Below the pieces are notes generated by a model that was given only the letters and a program-made list of their open reading frames with translations, had not been told where the DNA came from and did not search any database. 60,942 nt of DNA from a virus. Its lineage: Duplodnaviria; Caudoviricetes. Below are positions 1 through 9,807 of this stretch, in pieces; the first letter of the stretch is position 1, and the number at the start of each line of letters is the position of its first letter. The position numbers were made by a program, and so were the translations under genes. The DNA is taken from positions 1-60,942 of the IMG/VR virus record IMGVR_UViG_3300036908_000165, one strand, 5' to 3'.

Positions 1-357
1 ACCAATGATCGTCTTGAAGATCGCGCCGCCCGCAGCAGCCGTGATCGTCGGCGCCGTGGTGTATCCCGAACCGACGTTGGTGATCACCGCGCCGACGACG
101 CAACCGTTCTGGTTAGCGAGCCGATAGCTGACGCCGTCCGACCAAAGGAAGTCGAGGCCGCCAGCCATGAGGCCGCCGCCAATGTTGCGCCAGATACCGA
201 CAATCGGATCGTATTGCTGAACCGTCGTGTAAGGCCCGGTTCGAATCATCATGCGGCCCGCCGGAATGAGCTGAACCTGCCCGGCCTTCAGAGTAACGAC
301 GTTGGTCGCCAAGCCGCCGAGAGACGGAAGGACGCCAGGACCTGCGAAAAGCGGCAT
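1..357 (-). CDS. Structural protein (possible capsid decoration), 5' part; runs off the window start
   Basis: ATG at 357 after AGGAG, directly downstream of the capsid gene. Reads MPLFAGPGVLPSLGG...ITNVGSGYTTAPTITAAAGGAIFKTIIG and is open to position 1. Confidence 0.7.
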   Translation of the reverse strand, partial: MPLFAGPGVLPSLGGLATNVVTLKAGQVQLIPAGRMMIRTGPYTTVQQYDPIVGIWRNIGGGLMAGGLDFLWSDGVSYRLANQNGCVVGAVITNVGSGYTTAPTITAAAGGAIFKTIIG

Positions 358-370
358 TTCAAGCTCCTAT

Positions 371-1441
371 TCAGATGACACTCGGAACTGTTCCGGGAAC
401 GGCCTGCCACGCTGCGCCGGTGATGCCCGTGACCTGCGCGCCCGTGGACGGTTTGGCGCAGACGAGATCGGCGCACGAAATGAGAACGCCGACATCGGCG
501 ATCTGGCCGACGTTGATCAACGGCTCGAACCCCGAGAAGGTCATCGACGCGTATTCGGACATGTACATGCCGGTGTAGCGGCTGTTGATGAAGAACGCCT
601 GTCCGAGCGGGCAGAACGGATCGGGGAAGATCGGCGTGTCGAGCACCTTGATGCCGCGGAAGCCCGAGTTGACCACGTCGTCCTTCTCGTAGATCGAGCG
701 CGGACGAGTCTGGTACATCTCGAGGCTCATGAAGTCGGTCATCAGCTCGGCCCAGTTGGCCGGGTTCATGACGCCGAAATCGGGGGCCTCACCACCGGCG
801 CCGGACTGGATGCGCGCCAGGATCTGCGCGCAGCCGACGCGCGTCGTAACCGCGGCGCCGGTGTTGTTGATCAGCTGGCCGGACCAGAACGAACCGGGGG
901 TGCGCGGGATGCCGCCGTAGGACGGAACGTTGGTGCCGTCATCGTAGGCCTGCGACAAGCTGTCCCACATCTGTCCGTTGGCGTAGTTGTTCGAGTAGAG
1001 CGCCTGCGCGTAGGCCTGCTTGATGACGACCGCGGCGTCCGACATGACGGCGCGCAGCTTGGGGATGACGACCTCGGAACTCTGGAGAATCGACTCCATG
1101 CCGAAGAAGCCGATCGGCACCATGCCCATCTTGAGGCTGAACTGCGCGTTCTGGATCGCCGCCTGGTCGGTCGGCATCGGGAAGTTGCCGTCGAAGCCGC
1201 CCCACGAGAACTGGACGAAGGAGTTGCCCTGCACCGGAACGGTGATCTGGGAAACGCCGCCGCGCGCCGCCTTGCTGTTCGACATGAACAGGCTAAGTAA
1301 CGGATGTGATTGATAAATTTGAACGTAGCAGGTAGGCAAGAACGCCCTTCTGGTAAGTGCCGCCATCTGTGCGCCAAGCGCCCCACCGGGGGTGATGCCA
1401 GAACCCGTCAACGTCGAAACCGGAGAATTCGGGTATGCCAT
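371..1441 (-). CDS. Major capsid protein
   Basis: 356 aa, GC3-biased codons, GAAGGAG RBS, downstream of a scaffold-like gene. C-terminal GIKVLDTPIFPDPFCPLGQAFFINSRY resembles HK97-fold capsids. Confidence 0.8.
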   Translation of the reverse strand: MAYPNSPVSTLTGSGITPGGALGAQMAALTRRAFLPTCYVQIYQSHPLLSLFMSNSKAARGGVSQITVPVQGNSFVQFSWGGFDGNFPMPTDQAAIQNAQFSLKMGMVPIGFFGMESILQSSEVVIPKLRAVMSDAAVVIKQAYAQALYSNNYANGQMWDSLSQAYDDGTNVPSYGGIPRTPGSFWSGQLINNTGAAVTTRVGCAQILARIQSGAGGEAPDFGVMNPANWAELMTDFMSLEMYQTRPRSIYEKDDVVNSGFRGIKVLDTPIFPDPFCPLGQAFFINSRYTGMYMSEYASMTFSGFEPLINVGQIADVGVLISCADLVCAKPSTGAQVTGITGAAWQAVPGTVPSVI

Positions 1442-1524
1442 CACAGCACTCCTTCAAGCATGACATCGCGCCCGACGTTCTCCACGTCGAGCGCGATGAA
1501 TTTGGTGGCGGTGAGACGGGTCAT
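1441..1524 (-). CDS. 27-aa coupling peptide MTRLTATKFIALDVENVGRDVMLEGVL
   Basis: ATGA overlap with the scaffold stop and TGATG overlap with the capsid start. Confidence 0.45.
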   Translation of the reverse strand: MTRLTATKFIALDVENVGRDVMLEGVL

Positions 1525-2099
1525 TGGATGCCCAATGTCTCCCGCGTGAAACCGTCCGGGTCACGCAAGAACGCCTCGATCTGATCGTCCCGGTGCTTGT
1601 CCGGATTGCGATGCAGTTCCGCCCGAGCCTCGTCCGCGTTCTTCGTACCGAACAAGTCGAGATCCTGGCTACGCCAAGTCGGGCCGGCCGGCGCGGTCGG
1701 CGGCGTCTTGGAAGCGACCCAAGCCGCAGCGGCGTCGGCGTCGGCATAATTGCCGGTCTCTTTCATCCGGCCGACCATCTTGTCGAAGCCTTCGTCGGTC
1801 AGGTTGTATTCCTGCCGGGCTTTCGCCAGGGCGGATTCGAGATTGGCCTGCGCGGCGCGCTGCTCGCGCGCTTCCTTGTCGGCGGCGCGCGAGGCTTCCA
1901 TGTCGTCGAGACGCTTCTTCAGCGCGGCGTTCTCGGCCTGAAGCGGCGCAACGAACGGCGCCACGGTGTCGTCGATGATCTTGGCGTCGGGGAACTTCGC
2001 CTTGGCGGCGCGGCGAACCTTCTCGCCGATCTCGCCGTCGCTCCACAGCTGCTCTAACAGCTCGGCGGCGCGAATCTGAGCTTGGGTGGCTTCGGCCAT
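1521..2099 (-). CDS. Putative capsid scaffolding protein
   Basis: Start MAEATQ at 2099; helical, charged, coiled-coil; just upstream of the capsid gene. Confidence 0.6.
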   Translation of the reverse strand: MAEATQAQIRAAELLEQLWSDGEIGEKVRRAAKAKFPDAKIIDDTVAPFVAPLQAENAALKKRLDDMEASRAADKEAREQRAAQANLESALAKARQEYNLTDEGFDKMVGRMKETGNYADADAAAAWVASKTPPTAPAGPTWRSQDLDLFGTKNADEARAELHRNPDKHRDDQIEAFLRDPDGFTRETLGIQ

Positions 2100-2100
2100 T

Positions 2101-2301
2101 TTACTTGGCCCTCGGCGCCGAGCCGCGCGACCCGTCCTTGCCGACGTGGTCGATCGACTTAATTCCGCTGAGACTGCCCTTCGGCTGAGCCGACGGGCGC
2201 GCGCCGATGCCCATCGCATCGAAATCGGCGACGTATTCCATCAGGCTGCGATCGATCTTGACGTCGCCATCGTAAGGCTTGGGAAATTTTCCGCTGGTCA
2301 T
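2101..2301 (-). CDS. Small head-module protein, 66 aa
   Basis: CAGGAG RBS; abuts its neighbours. Confidence 0.6.
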   Translation of the reverse strand: MTSGKFPKPYDGDVKIDRSLMEYVADFDAMGIGARPSAQPKGSLSGIKSIDHVGKDGSRGSAPRAK

Positions 2302-2302
2302 A

Positions 2303-2704
2303 TCAAGCTCCTGGCATCGGTGGCATTGGCGAACCGCCGCCCGCGGCGGGCGGAGGTGGAGAAGCAGCGCCCGCTCCGGGCATCTGCGGGGCCGGCGCGC
2401 CGGCCTGCTTGGCGTTTCGCGCCATCTCGACGAGTTGCTGGATCATCGCGCCGGGATCGCCCTTCGCGCCGCCCTCTTTCTCAACAGCTTTGCCGATCTC
2501 GGTCAGAGCCTTGAGAACGGCGGTGTGGACGCCGGAACCCATCGGGAGCGCAGGAAGGGCTTCTTGCAACCCTTTGAGCGACAATTTCAGCTTCTCCATG
2601 CCGCTTGCCGCCGCGCCCTTCATCGGACCGGGCGCCGACGCTGGGCCAGCCACGCCCGCCTGTGGCGGGGAAGGCGGAGCGCCGGGCATCATCGGCATAG
2701 GCAT
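2303..2704 (-). CDS. Pro/Gly/Met-rich head-module protein, 133 aa
   Basis: GAGG RBS; helical core with disordered Pro-rich ends. Confidence 0.65.
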   Translation of the reverse strand: MPMPMMPGAPPSPPQAGVAGPASAPGPMKGAAASGMEKLKLSLKGLQEALPALPMGSGVHTAVLKALTEIGKAVEKEGGAKGDPGAMIQQLVEMARNAKQAGAPAPQMPGAGAASPPPPAAGGGSPMPPMPGA

Positions 2705-2725
2705 TCTGAAAAACCTCAGTGTGTT

Positions 2726-2751
2726 GGGCGGGGCGCGCGAACGCCCCGCCC
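2726..2751. other. GC hairpin GGGCGGGGCG-N6-CGCCCCGCCC
   Basis: Perfect 10-bp stem between two head genes; no clear U-tract. Confidence 0.5.
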
Positions 2752-2773
2752 GTTGTTCACGGACGACCCGGAA

Positions 2774-2812
2774 TTACTTCCGGCGGCCCTTGCGACCCTT
2801 GTGACGCGCCAT
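2774..2812 (-). CDS. 12-aa basic micropeptide MARHKGRKGRRK
   Basis: AAGGAG-N6-ATG, GC3 codons, TAA stop; first ORF of the head operon. Confidence 0.6.
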   Translation of the reverse strand: MARHKGRKGRRK

Positions 2813-2948
2813 GGGAGTCTCCTTGTTGACGAGAGGGAAGAGACTAGCCTCACCCCTACGAAACGAGAGACTACGCTGGACCAGAAGGCCGTGTCAATAT
2901 ATCATGCAAAAAAGACGAAACATATCAATACCATAGGATGATATCAAA

Positions 2949-4736
2949 ATGAAGATACCCCATGACGCCAAGCGGCTGATCCAGTTCGTCCGCGAGACCG
3001 CGTCGCACTGCATGTCGTCCCGCCAGGCGCGAATGAACCGCGGCGCCTTCTACCAGGGCTACGTCGACACCGGTTCGTCGGACGCAACGACGCCGGCGAT
3101 GTACAACAAGCTGTGGGTGTCGCTCGACGACCTCGAATCCCTTCTGTTTTCCCCCGTATCGCTGCGCTTCCACATCGGCGACCCCGACTATCCCTCGGTG
3201 ATCAACGAAGCCAAAGGCCGCGCCGCGGCCGCGCACATCCGAAACCAATACCGGCGCTGCGACGGCGACTCGATGTTCAGCCAGGCGGTCAACATCGGCT
3301 TGGTGCGCGGCAAAGGGCTCGTCAAGCAGAGCTTCGCCGGCGGGCGCCTGTCGACATGGCTGGTGCAGCCCGAGGATTTCGGCGTGCTGCGCGAGAACTA
3401 CGATCGCCTCGACGAGAACATGGGCGCCTTCAACCACTCGATGCTGGTCACGTTCGACCAATTCGTCGGCCTGGTGAAGAACCACCCCGATAAAAACGAG
3501 ATGCTGAAGAAGGTCAAAGCCTATACGCGCGACAGCGCCGGCCTGACCGACACGCGCGGCGGCACGGCGATGAACATCACCGTCGGCGGTCTCTATCCGA
3601 TGCAGGCGGCGGGACAAGGCGGACCCCAGGTAAACGGGCGCGTCGACTGGATGGGCCGCCCGCAACCACAGCTCGATCCGGCCGTCGAGCAGACGTTGAT
3701 CGAGCTCAACGAGACGTGGATCTGGGACGACCAGCGCGAAGATTGGGCGACGTTCCAGATCGTCGGCGACGACCTCTTGGTGATGGGAAAATACACGATC
3801 CAGAATGCGCTGGCGTTCGACCCGTCATCGCAAACTTCGGCGCCGTGCTTGAAGGGCGACCACCCCTATTCGACGTTCTGCCCCAATCCCGTACCGACCT
3901 ATTTCTGGGGCGCGTCCGAGGTACAGCGCCTGATCTTCCTGCAAGAGGCGATCAACGCGCGGCTCGTCGGCACGAACAAGATGCTGCGCATGCAGGAAGA
4001 CCCGACGACCAGGTTCGTCGGCTCGACCGGCGTCAACCAGCTGGCGCTGTCGAAATACAAGAAGCCGGGCGGTTACTACGTCGAAATGAACGCCAACGCC
4101 AAGATCGAGAAAGATCGCGTCGAAATTCCGCAGGACCTGTGGGCCTCACTGCACGAATACGAACGCATGTTCGACGAGATGATGGGCGTGCCGCCGATCG
4201 CCAAAGGCCACGGCGAAAAAGGCGTGCGCTCCGGCGCCCACGCCGACACGCTGGTTCGCATGTTCTCGCCGCGCTTCAAGGATCGCGCGCTGCTGATCGA
4301 ACGCGACATCGAACGCAGCGGCGCACTGACGCTCGACATGGCGCGCGTCCACGTCGCCAAGAAGCTCGTCGCCTGGGTTCCCGAGGCCGAAGCTTCGCTG
4401 CAGAACGTATCGACGCCGGAAGAAAACTTGCTGCTGACGCCGCCGGCCAAAGGCATGGTTCCGGTCTACTTCAGCTTCGACGATCTTCCCGACGACGTGA
4501 CGCTGACAGTCGACGAGCACTCGTCGTCGCCGGCGTTCTCGGCCGACGGCAAAGCGCTGATCTTCGACATGCTGAAGACCGGCCTGCTGTCGCCGATCGA
4601 GGCGGTCGAGCATCTCGACATCACCGATCCCGAAAGCGTTCAAGCCAACATCATGCGCCGCGAGATCGCCAAAGCCGAAGCCGCGCAAAAAGAAGCGCAG
4701 ATGAAACTCGCCATGCACTCAGGCGGCAAGAAATGA
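2949..4736 (+). CDS. Portal protein
   Basis: 595 aa between the terminase and head genes, strong GC3 bias. YFWGASEVQRLIFLQEAIN and FDEMMGVPPIAKGHGEKGVRSG resemble podoviral portal motifs. Confidence 0.8.
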   Translation: MKIPHDAKRLIQFVRETASHCMSSRQARMNRGAFYQGYVDTGSSDATTPAMYNKLWVSLDDLESLLFSPVSLRFHIGDPDYPSVINEAKGRAAAAHIRNQYRRCDGDSMFSQAVNIGLVRGKGLVKQSFAGGRLSTWLVQPEDFGVLRENYDRLDENMGAFNHSMLVTFDQFVGLVKNHPDKNEMLKKVKAYTRDSAGLTDTRGGTAMNITVGGLYPMQAAGQGGPQVNGRVDWMGRPQPQLDPAVEQTLIELNETWIWDDQREDWATFQIVGDDLLVMGKYTIQNALAFDPSSQTSAPCLKGDHPYSTFCPNPVPTYFWGASEVQRLIFLQEAINARLVGTNKMLRMQEDPTTRFVGSTGVNQLALSKYKKPGGYYVEMNANAKIEKDRVEIPQDLWASLHEYERMFDEMMGVPPIAKGHGEKGVRSGAHADTLVRMFSPRFKDRALLIERDIERSGALTLDMARVHVAKKLVAWVPEAEASLQNVSTPEENLLLTPPAKGMVPVYFSFDDLPDDVTLTVDEHSSSPAFSADGKALIFDMLKTGLLSPIEAVEHLDITDPESVQANIMRREIAKAEAAQKEAQMKLAMHSGGKK

Positions 4737-4774
4737 AAAACCCCACCGCGTAGGGCCGTAGTACGCGGCGGGGT
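4736..4774 (-). terminator. Intrinsic terminator between the convergent portal and terminase operon
   Basis: GC-rich stem followed by a T5 tract on the minus strand. Confidence 0.55.
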
Positions 4775-4847
4775 AGTCTGGGAGGAAACATCCGACCCGC
4801 AGGTTGGGGGACCTGTTCGGAACGGCTTGACGATAGGCCAATTCGAC

Positions 4848-5069
4848 CTAAACGTCAACCTTTCTTGCCTTTCGGCGCGCTATCCGACGCGGGGACATCA
4901 TCTCCGTTTGGTCCCTTTCCCGCTTTCTTATTGCGGCTCCGATCGCTTCGCTCAGATTGCTGATCTCGCCGCGGAACTTCACCGCCTCCGCCAGCGTCGG
5001 CACTCTGTTCTGCGCGATTGTCTTCTCGGACATGCCCTTAGTCCTGATTGGATACCGAATCTCCATCAC
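4848..5069 (-). CDS. Hypothetical basic protein
   Basis: GGAGG RBS; overlaps the upstream stop. Confidence 0.45.
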   Translation of the reverse strand: MMEIRYPIRTKGMSEKTIAQNRVPTLAEAVKFRGEISNLSEAIGAAIRKRERDQTEMMSPRRIARRKARKVDV

Positions 5070-5212
5070 TTCCCTCCCTTACGTTTCGGCGGATGCGCCC
5101 ACTCGCCAAGATTGGAGATCCGACCCGTCTTGGCGGCAGTCGTCGGAGCCCTGATCGGCGCTACAGCCTTGGCGAACGCGCCAGCGCCCTTGGTTTTCGT
5201 GATCCTCGGCAT
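5066..5212 (-). CDS. Small basic protein, 48 aa (MPRITKTKG...PKRKGGK)
   Basis: AGGGTGA RBS-like site; K/R-rich. Confidence 0.55.
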   Translation of the reverse strand: MPRITKTKGAGAFAKAVAPIRAPTTAAKTGRISNLGEWAHPPKRKGGK

Positions 5213-5216
5213 TTTG

Positions 5217-5852
5217 TCACCCTTTCTTATAGCCCTCGGCGCTCGGCCGACCGGGATTATAGCGAGCATTCTTGATCGCCACAGGCGCCGGCCTCGAGGC
5301 CGGGATGATCGCCGTCGGCTTGACCGAATTGTGCGCGTAAGCCCCGCGAATCGCCCGCTCGCCAACGGCGCGCAGCCGCGCCGAAGGAATCGTCATGCCG
5401 CGGCGGCCGTCGGCCGAGATCACCGGCGTCCTGGCGTCGGCCTTGTTGGAGAACATCGCGTCGGCCAGCGCCTGCTGGGCCTGCGGCAGCTTGGGCTCCA
5501 TCGACTCGCCCTCGCGGATATTGTCGCGCAAGTCGGTATAGTGGCCGTCTCCCATGACGATGCGCGCCGTCTCGTCGACCGCCTTGACACGAATGTTCTG
5601 GCCGATCATCGCCGGCGCGCGGCCCTCTTCGAGCATCTGGCGCAGGTTCTCGTTCTCGCGCTTAAGATCGGCTATCTGCGACGTTTCGACGCAGCGGCGA
5701 TTTGGACAAGGGGGGTCCTTCTTGGGCTCGGCCTTCAGGGTGCGAACCCAACGATGACCGCATTTCCCGCACTCGAAGGTGATTCGTTTCATCTTGGGGC
5801 CTAAAAAACGATCCGAATCAACCCACTCGGAATCGACGGGCGTGGTCGTCAT
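5217..5852 (-). CDS. Zinc-ribbon (FmdB-like) protein
   Basis: FECGKCGHRW...CPNRRC; ATGA overlap with the upstream gene. Confidence 0.65.
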   Translation of the reverse strand: MTTTPVDSEWVDSDRFLGPKMKRITFECGKCGHRWVRTLKAEPKKDPPCPNRRCVETSQIADLKRENENLRQMLEEGRAPAMIGQNIRVKAVDETARIVMGDGHYTDLRDNIREGESMEPKLPQAQQALADAMFSNKADARTPVISADGRRGMTIPSARLRAVGERAIRGAYAHNSVKPTAIIPASRPAPVAIKNARYNPGRPSAEGYKKG

Positions 5853-6238
5853 CCCCGCCACTCCCGCCAGCCCTTCGGCTCGAACGCCACCGGCTTACCA
5901 CCGGTGTTGCGCTGCGCCCAGAAGCCATAGGCTTCCCAGCGCTTGCCCGCGCCGGTTCCCGCCCAGCGTCGCGACGCCTGCCACTGCGCCACGACGCTCT
6001 GCTCGCCGTCGAGCGTCAGCAGCACCAGCGCATGGTCGTAGGGCGGCGCGCCGTAGCGCCCGCCGACTTCCGGCGGCTCCGGCACTGCATGCCAATTGCG
6101 CATCGGATCTTCGTGCTCGGCGGGCGGCAGCGCTTCGACCGGCGAATCGTCGCCAAACAGCGCATCGTCTTCCGACTGCGGCATTTTGACGCCCTCGTCA
6201 GGCGCTGCGAATTTGTAGTCTCTCGACTGCTTTGCCAT
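5849..6238 (-). CDS. Hypothetical protein
   Basis: TGATG coupling to the terminase gene. Confidence 0.6.
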   Translation of the reverse strand: MAKQSRDYKFAAPDEGVKMPQSEDDALFGDDSPVEALPPAEHEDPMRNWHAVPEPPEVGGRYGAPPYDHALVLLTLDGEQSVVAQWQASRRWAGTGAGKRWEAYGFWAQRNTGGKPVAFEPKGWREWRG

Positions 6239-8127
6239 CACACAAGCCCCAAATCAGATTTCCACTTCGGCGGTTCCGGCTCGGCGTTCGCCCGCTCCTC
6301 TTGCGTCCGCAAGAAATTGCGCACGATCGAGTTGACCGCCGTCTCCTGCTTCGTCTCTTGACCCGACTCAGCCTTCATCACCACGTCGTAAGTCAAGCCC
6401 TGAGCGATCATGTCCTTGCGGATCCACTCCGTCCAGGCGCGCGCCGCCAGCGCGGCGGCGAAGACACGATCGTCCTTCATGTTCTCGTCGGTCGACTCCG
6501 GCGCGCCGATCTCACCGTCGTTGACGACGACGTTCGACATCTCGCGCAGCAGGCCGAACGATCGGATCTCGATCTCGCGGCTGGAATAGATGCCGCGGTA
6601 GCCGTGCAACAGCTCCATCTTGGTGCGCCAGTTGGTCTCGAAATTGGCCATGTAGCTGGCGCCGGGGCTGTCGACCTTGTGGTAGAGATACCAGCGCGCC
6701 TGCGCGCCGGCGTCTTCCCAGCCGCGCGCCGCCGTCTTGACGACGTTCATCTCGGCGCCGATCAACTGACGCAGGTGTTCGAACTCGCTCATCACCAGCC
6801 GACCCGGCCCGCCGAGCTCGACGTTGCACATCGAATTGCGATAGGCGGCGCAGAGGTGGAACAGCACCCACGACGCATGCTTGGTTTCGACGTCGGCCGT
6901 AATGTACTCGGCGGCCTGCACCATCTTGTCGGCGAAGCAGCGGAACACCAGAATCGCATGGTGGTCCTTGTGGTCGTTTCGACCATAGGCCGGGTCGAAA
7001 CCGATCACGTATTGCGCGCCGTCGACCGGCTCTTCCCACACCTTGAGCTCGACGTCGTCGACGTCGTCGACCGCCGGGTCCATCGTGATCATCTTGAAGT
7101 GGAAAAAGTCGCCGTCAACCTCGTAGCGATAGCCGTCGAAGATCGGCTGATCGTCCTGCATCCGCTTCATGTCCTGGCCGATCACCGCGACCTGGAAGAA
7201 GCTGTATCCGGTCTGGACGAAGCTCTCGTCCATCGTCCACGGTTGATTCTGGCTAAGCAGATCCTGCTCGGCGCCGGCCTTCGTCTCCTTCCAGCGAATC
7301 CACGCCAACTGCTCTTGCGTGACACGGTACTGGTAGAGCTTGTTCACTTCGGCGATGTGACGACTCTCTTCGCCATTCGGCGGCGGAAGGCCGAACACCG
7401 GAAAACGCGGATCGGATCGCGCAATCCGATTATTGTCGCCGGACCACCAGCCGATGAAGAACGTCCGCTCGGTCAAGCTGTTCAAACCAGCCATGCAGCG
7501 GGTTCGCCAGTGGTTCATGCCTTTCGACGTCGACTCGTAAACGAACAGCCGATCCGGGTTGTTCTGCGCGAATCCTTCCTCGAGCGACTTGAGCCCTTCG
7601 ATGTCGCCGTAGCTGGCAATTTCAGTCAAGTGGGCGCAGGCGTAGCCCTGGCCTTCGCCCCAGGCGATCGACTTCTTCTTGGTGCCGGCGACAAGAAGGT
7701 CGAGCCGCGAACCGTTGGAGAAAGCCATCATCTGCCGGTTCGACTTGACGATGCGAAAGCTGTCGCCGAAGTAACCGTCGGGGAACGAGTTGATGTAGCC
7801 CTCGACCATCGCCCGATTAATCTCGCGGTTTTTCTCGGTGTCGGTGACGTGAACGCCGATCATGTTCGGGTGAACCGCGAGCCACAGCACGTCAACCAGC
7901 GCAACGCTGATCGTCGTGACCCCAAGCTGACGACTTTTGCTGCAGTTGAACGTGTGAATGCCATTATCGAGGCCCTCACCGACTTCGCGCAAGAACCGCC
8001 GCTGGCTCTCCCACGGAACCAGCTTTGAGCCGCGCTCATCAGCGCTCGTCGACTCCTTCGACTTGATGCGCAAGTCGTCGGAGAACTGCTCGAAAGCCTT
8101 GAGCCATTTCCTGGCGCGCGGAGCCAT
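6238..8127 (-). CDS. terL: Terminase large subunit
   Basis: Walker A-like KSRQLGVTT, Walker B-like HLTE, coupling motif EST, nuclease IGFDPA and C-terminal DDRVFA. Confidence 0.92.
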   Translation of the reverse strand: MAPRARKWLKAFEQFSDDLRIKSKESTSADERGSKLVPWESQRRFLREVGEGLDNGIHTFNCSKSRQLGVTTISVALVDVLWLAVHPNMIGVHVTDTEKNREINRAMVEGYINSFPDGYFGDSFRIVKSNRQMMAFSNGSRLDLLVAGTKKKSIAWGEGQGYACAHLTEIASYGDIEGLKSLEEGFAQNNPDRLFVYESTSKGMNHWRTRCMAGLNSLTERTFFIGWWSGDNNRIARSDPRFPVFGLPPPNGEESRHIAEVNKLYQYRVTQEQLAWIRWKETKAGAEQDLLSQNQPWTMDESFVQTGYSFFQVAVIGQDMKRMQDDQPIFDGYRYEVDGDFFHFKMITMDPAVDDVDDVELKVWEEPVDGAQYVIGFDPAYGRNDHKDHHAILVFRCFADKMVQAAEYITADVETKHASWVLFHLCAAYRNSMCNVELGGPGRLVMSEFEHLRQLIGAEMNVVKTAARGWEDAGAQARWYLYHKVDSPGASYMANFETNWRTKMELLHGYRGIYSSREIEIRSFGLLREMSNVVVNDGEIGAPESTDENMKDDRVFAAALAARAWTEWIRKDMIAQGLTYDVVMKAESGQETKQETAVNSIVRNFLRTQEERANAEPEPPKWKSDLGLV

Positions 8128-8465
8128 CAGGCAAGCCCCATCCTCTCACGCCACAAATCGTTCGCCGCCTGCTTCGCGTCGCGATCGAGCTCGCTCCACG
8201 CGACGGCCCCGGCCGGAACCGCGCCGGGATCGCCCGGCTGCACAGCTACCAGATCACCGGCGCAGTCAAATCCGGCGGCGAGAACGGCCTCCGCAACAGG
8301 CGTGTACCACGTCCACAGCGGTCGAATGCTGGCCTCGGGCTGGATGACCCATGCCGCGACATAGCCGACCTCGCGCTGCGGAATCGGACTGATGCGCGTG
8401 TCAGGGTCGATCCCGGTGACAGCGCCGGCGATGATGCGCGCCAACTTCTCGACTTTGTCGGTCAC
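8127..8465 (-). CDS. Hypothetical protein
   Basis: Stop/start coupled to terL. Confidence 0.55.
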   Translation of the reverse strand: MTDKVEKLARIIAGAVTGIDPDTRISPIPQREVGYVAAWVIQPEASIRPLWTWYTPVAEAVLAAGFDCAGDLVAVQPGDPGAVPAGAVAWSELDRDAKQAANDLWRERMGLA

Positions 8466-8722
8466 GACCGATGATCCTCCAGCAGCTTCTTCACTGCGTC
8501 GATCGTCGACATCGGGGCGTAGACCAGAAACTCGACCCCAACGCCGCCGGCCTTGATCTTCTCGCGCCGGTACGCCACCGTCTCGCCCACCACGGGCTCA
8601 TCCGGCCTTTTAGCGCCCCACGTCTCCCACCGAAACAGCTTCGTCACAACGGGCATACCGTTCTCAACCAAGCACGACCCGCCGTCGACCGGGCCACCGA
8701 TGCACACCAACTCGTCAACCAT
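8462..8722 (-). CDS. Hypothetical protein
   Basis: CIGGPVDG motif common in small phage proteins; GAGG RBS. Confidence 0.6.
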   Translation of the reverse strand: MVDELVCIGGPVDGGSCLVENGMPVVTKLFRWETWGAKRPDEPVVGETVAYRREKIKAGGVGVEFLVYAPMSTIDAVKKLLEDHRS

Positions 8723-9148
8723 TTGTCGCCTCAGCCGTTACAGTAATCTTCGTAGGACGCATAGACCTTCACGCCATTGCGCCACTCGTACTTCGGTTTC
8801 GGCCACGACATTTCAGCGCGTGCCCACGGCTCGCCCCACGACTCGCGTTGCGCACGCAGTATCGCCGCGCGCTGCTCGGGCGTCATTGCCTCAACCTCGG
8901 CCTTCGCTCGGTGCAAAAGAAGAACCGTCATCACATCCTCGCATAGAACAACCGGGCGCTCTGCTCCTCGGCCGCAACGGCTTCTTGCGCCAACATTCGC
9001 CAGCGAATCGCCGCGACGACGGCACGCTCCCTGGCGCTGACCGGATCCGGCAACGCGCACAGCATATCGGGCAGCCGACACGGATCGATCGACAGATAGC
9101 CCTGGCAAGCTATCGCAAACTCCGAGCTCATATAGTCAGGATCGAAAC

Positions 9149-9340
9149 TCACCCCGCGCCTCCCCGCTTCTCGGCCGCCGCCGGAACGCCTTTGTCGATC
9201 AGGTCGTGCGCCACGACGGTCGGCGGCCGGCCGAGTAGCTCGGCGAACGCCCACAGCCGATCGCGCAGCCTGGACGAGACGGCGATCGTGACGTGGTAGC
9301 GCTTGGCGTCGTCGCCCTTGTCGCGCCAGTGCCGCGTCAT
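9149..9340 (-). CDS. Ribbon-helix-helix DNA-binding protein
   Basis: HVTIAVSSRLRDRLWAFAELLGRPPTVVAHDLIDKG fits the RHH pattern. Confidence 0.55.
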   Translation of the reverse strand: MTRHWRDKGDDAKRYHVTIAVSSRLRDRLWAFAELLGRPPTVVAHDLIDKGVPAAAEKRGGAG

Positions 9341-9807
9341 TCGCCGTTCTCGCATGTTACCGTCGGTAGAGGCGGAAGAGGGTCGGCGGTTGTCGGCTCT
9401 CGTCGCACCGGAACGCTCGGCGCACAGGGCGACTTCGCCACCCACTCGTCGAGTCGCGCCATCGCCCGCTCGCCCTGGCGCGCGATCACGATCAACCGCT
9501 GCAGCTTCAGATGCAGGCTCTGTGCGAACCACACGTTCGCTGTTTCAAGCAAATCACGCTCGAGATCGTCGAGTTCGCTCATCCGAAAGCTCCCACACCC
9601 CAGAAAAAACAGATTGTAGACAACGCGCCGAGTCCCAGCCCGAAATCGAGCGAAACGGCCACGCCAACCGCAACGAAAGCTATGACAAGGCTCATCGCTT
9701 CCGTACTCCAAACGCCCGCGGCCGCGAGCGATTACGCAGCCAACGCATGGTTTGCGCCGCGGCGACCCAGCCGGCGAGAAACCCGACGACGGCGCCGAGG
9801 CCGAACA

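Noticed and set aside
2860-4780. Invertase sites flanking the portal
   Set aside because: Only 7-bp inverted matches were found, which is expected by chance.
6232-8028. Long antisense or alternate-frame ORFs (also 302-1300, 3716-4753, 20726-21811, 38665-39741)
   Set aside because: These are shadow ORFs expected from high-GC codon bias, with Arg-rich, motif-free translations.
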